Shown here in pieces: positions 59,181 through 64,000 of a stretch of 64,000 bases of DNA. A program made the translations under genes and the position numbers. The stretch's first letter is position 1, and each line of letters starts with the position of its first letter. The notes beneath the pieces are model-generated. The model saw only the letters and a list, made by a program, of their open reading frames with translations. It did no database searches and was not told the origin of the DNA. The stretch comes from the human T2T-CHM13v2.0 reference genome, Homo sapiens, in assembly GCF_009914755.1 (NCBI RefSeq), contig NC_060930.1, one strand, 5' to 3'.

Positions 59181-59214
59181 GCATATCTAGTTAACCTTCT
59201 CTTTACTAATCCTT

Positions 59215-59967
<753 letters not shown>

Positions 59968-59970
59968 GCA

Positions 59971-60170
59971 GATCATCTCATTAGATGCAGAAACATCATT
60001 TGATCAAATTTTATTTCATAATAAAAATCCTCAACAAATTAGGTACAGAAGGAATGTACCTCAACACAATAAAAAGCATATATTATAAGCCAATAACTAA
60101 CATTATACTCCACAGTGAAAAATTGAAATCCTTTCCTCTAAGATCCAGAACAAAATAAGGATGCCCACTT
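59971..60170 (+). mobile_element. L1 ORF2 RT fragment inverted relative to the adjacent 3' UTR
   Basis: gatcatctcattagatgcaga (IISLDAE)...aaggatgcccactt (QGCPL region). Confidence 0.8.

Positions 60171-64000
<3,830 letters not shown>

Overview
Primate (human-like) genomic DNA, almost entirely intronic, from inside the Kv7.5 potassium-channel gene KCNQ5 on the + strand. Three coding exons are readable with canonical splice sites and a continuous frame: 4539-4665, 39920-40095 and 40360-40485 (probably exons 3-5; S2 through S5 and the pore helix). The rest is mostly interspersed repeats: L1, Alu, L2, MIR, MaLR/ERVL LTRs, MER20 and microsatellites. One ~8.4-kb sense-strand L1 carries three nested insertions: a full-length PGAM1 processed pseudogene, a 5'-truncated younger L1PA and an AluY. 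Nearly all ORF-track entries are repeat-derived or spurious. I found no evidence of a new multi-gene system. The best leads are a diverged duplication starting at the exon-5 donor, a locally templated ~140-bp insertion into an L2 later hit by an Alu, a candidate 58-nt poison exon, a candidate intronic-polyadenylation isoform after exon 5, inverted Alus around exons 4-5, a (GGAA)15 array and a mini L1 3' transduction. Repeat subfamily names and exon numbers come from memory of consensus sequences; boundaries of old repeats are approximate.
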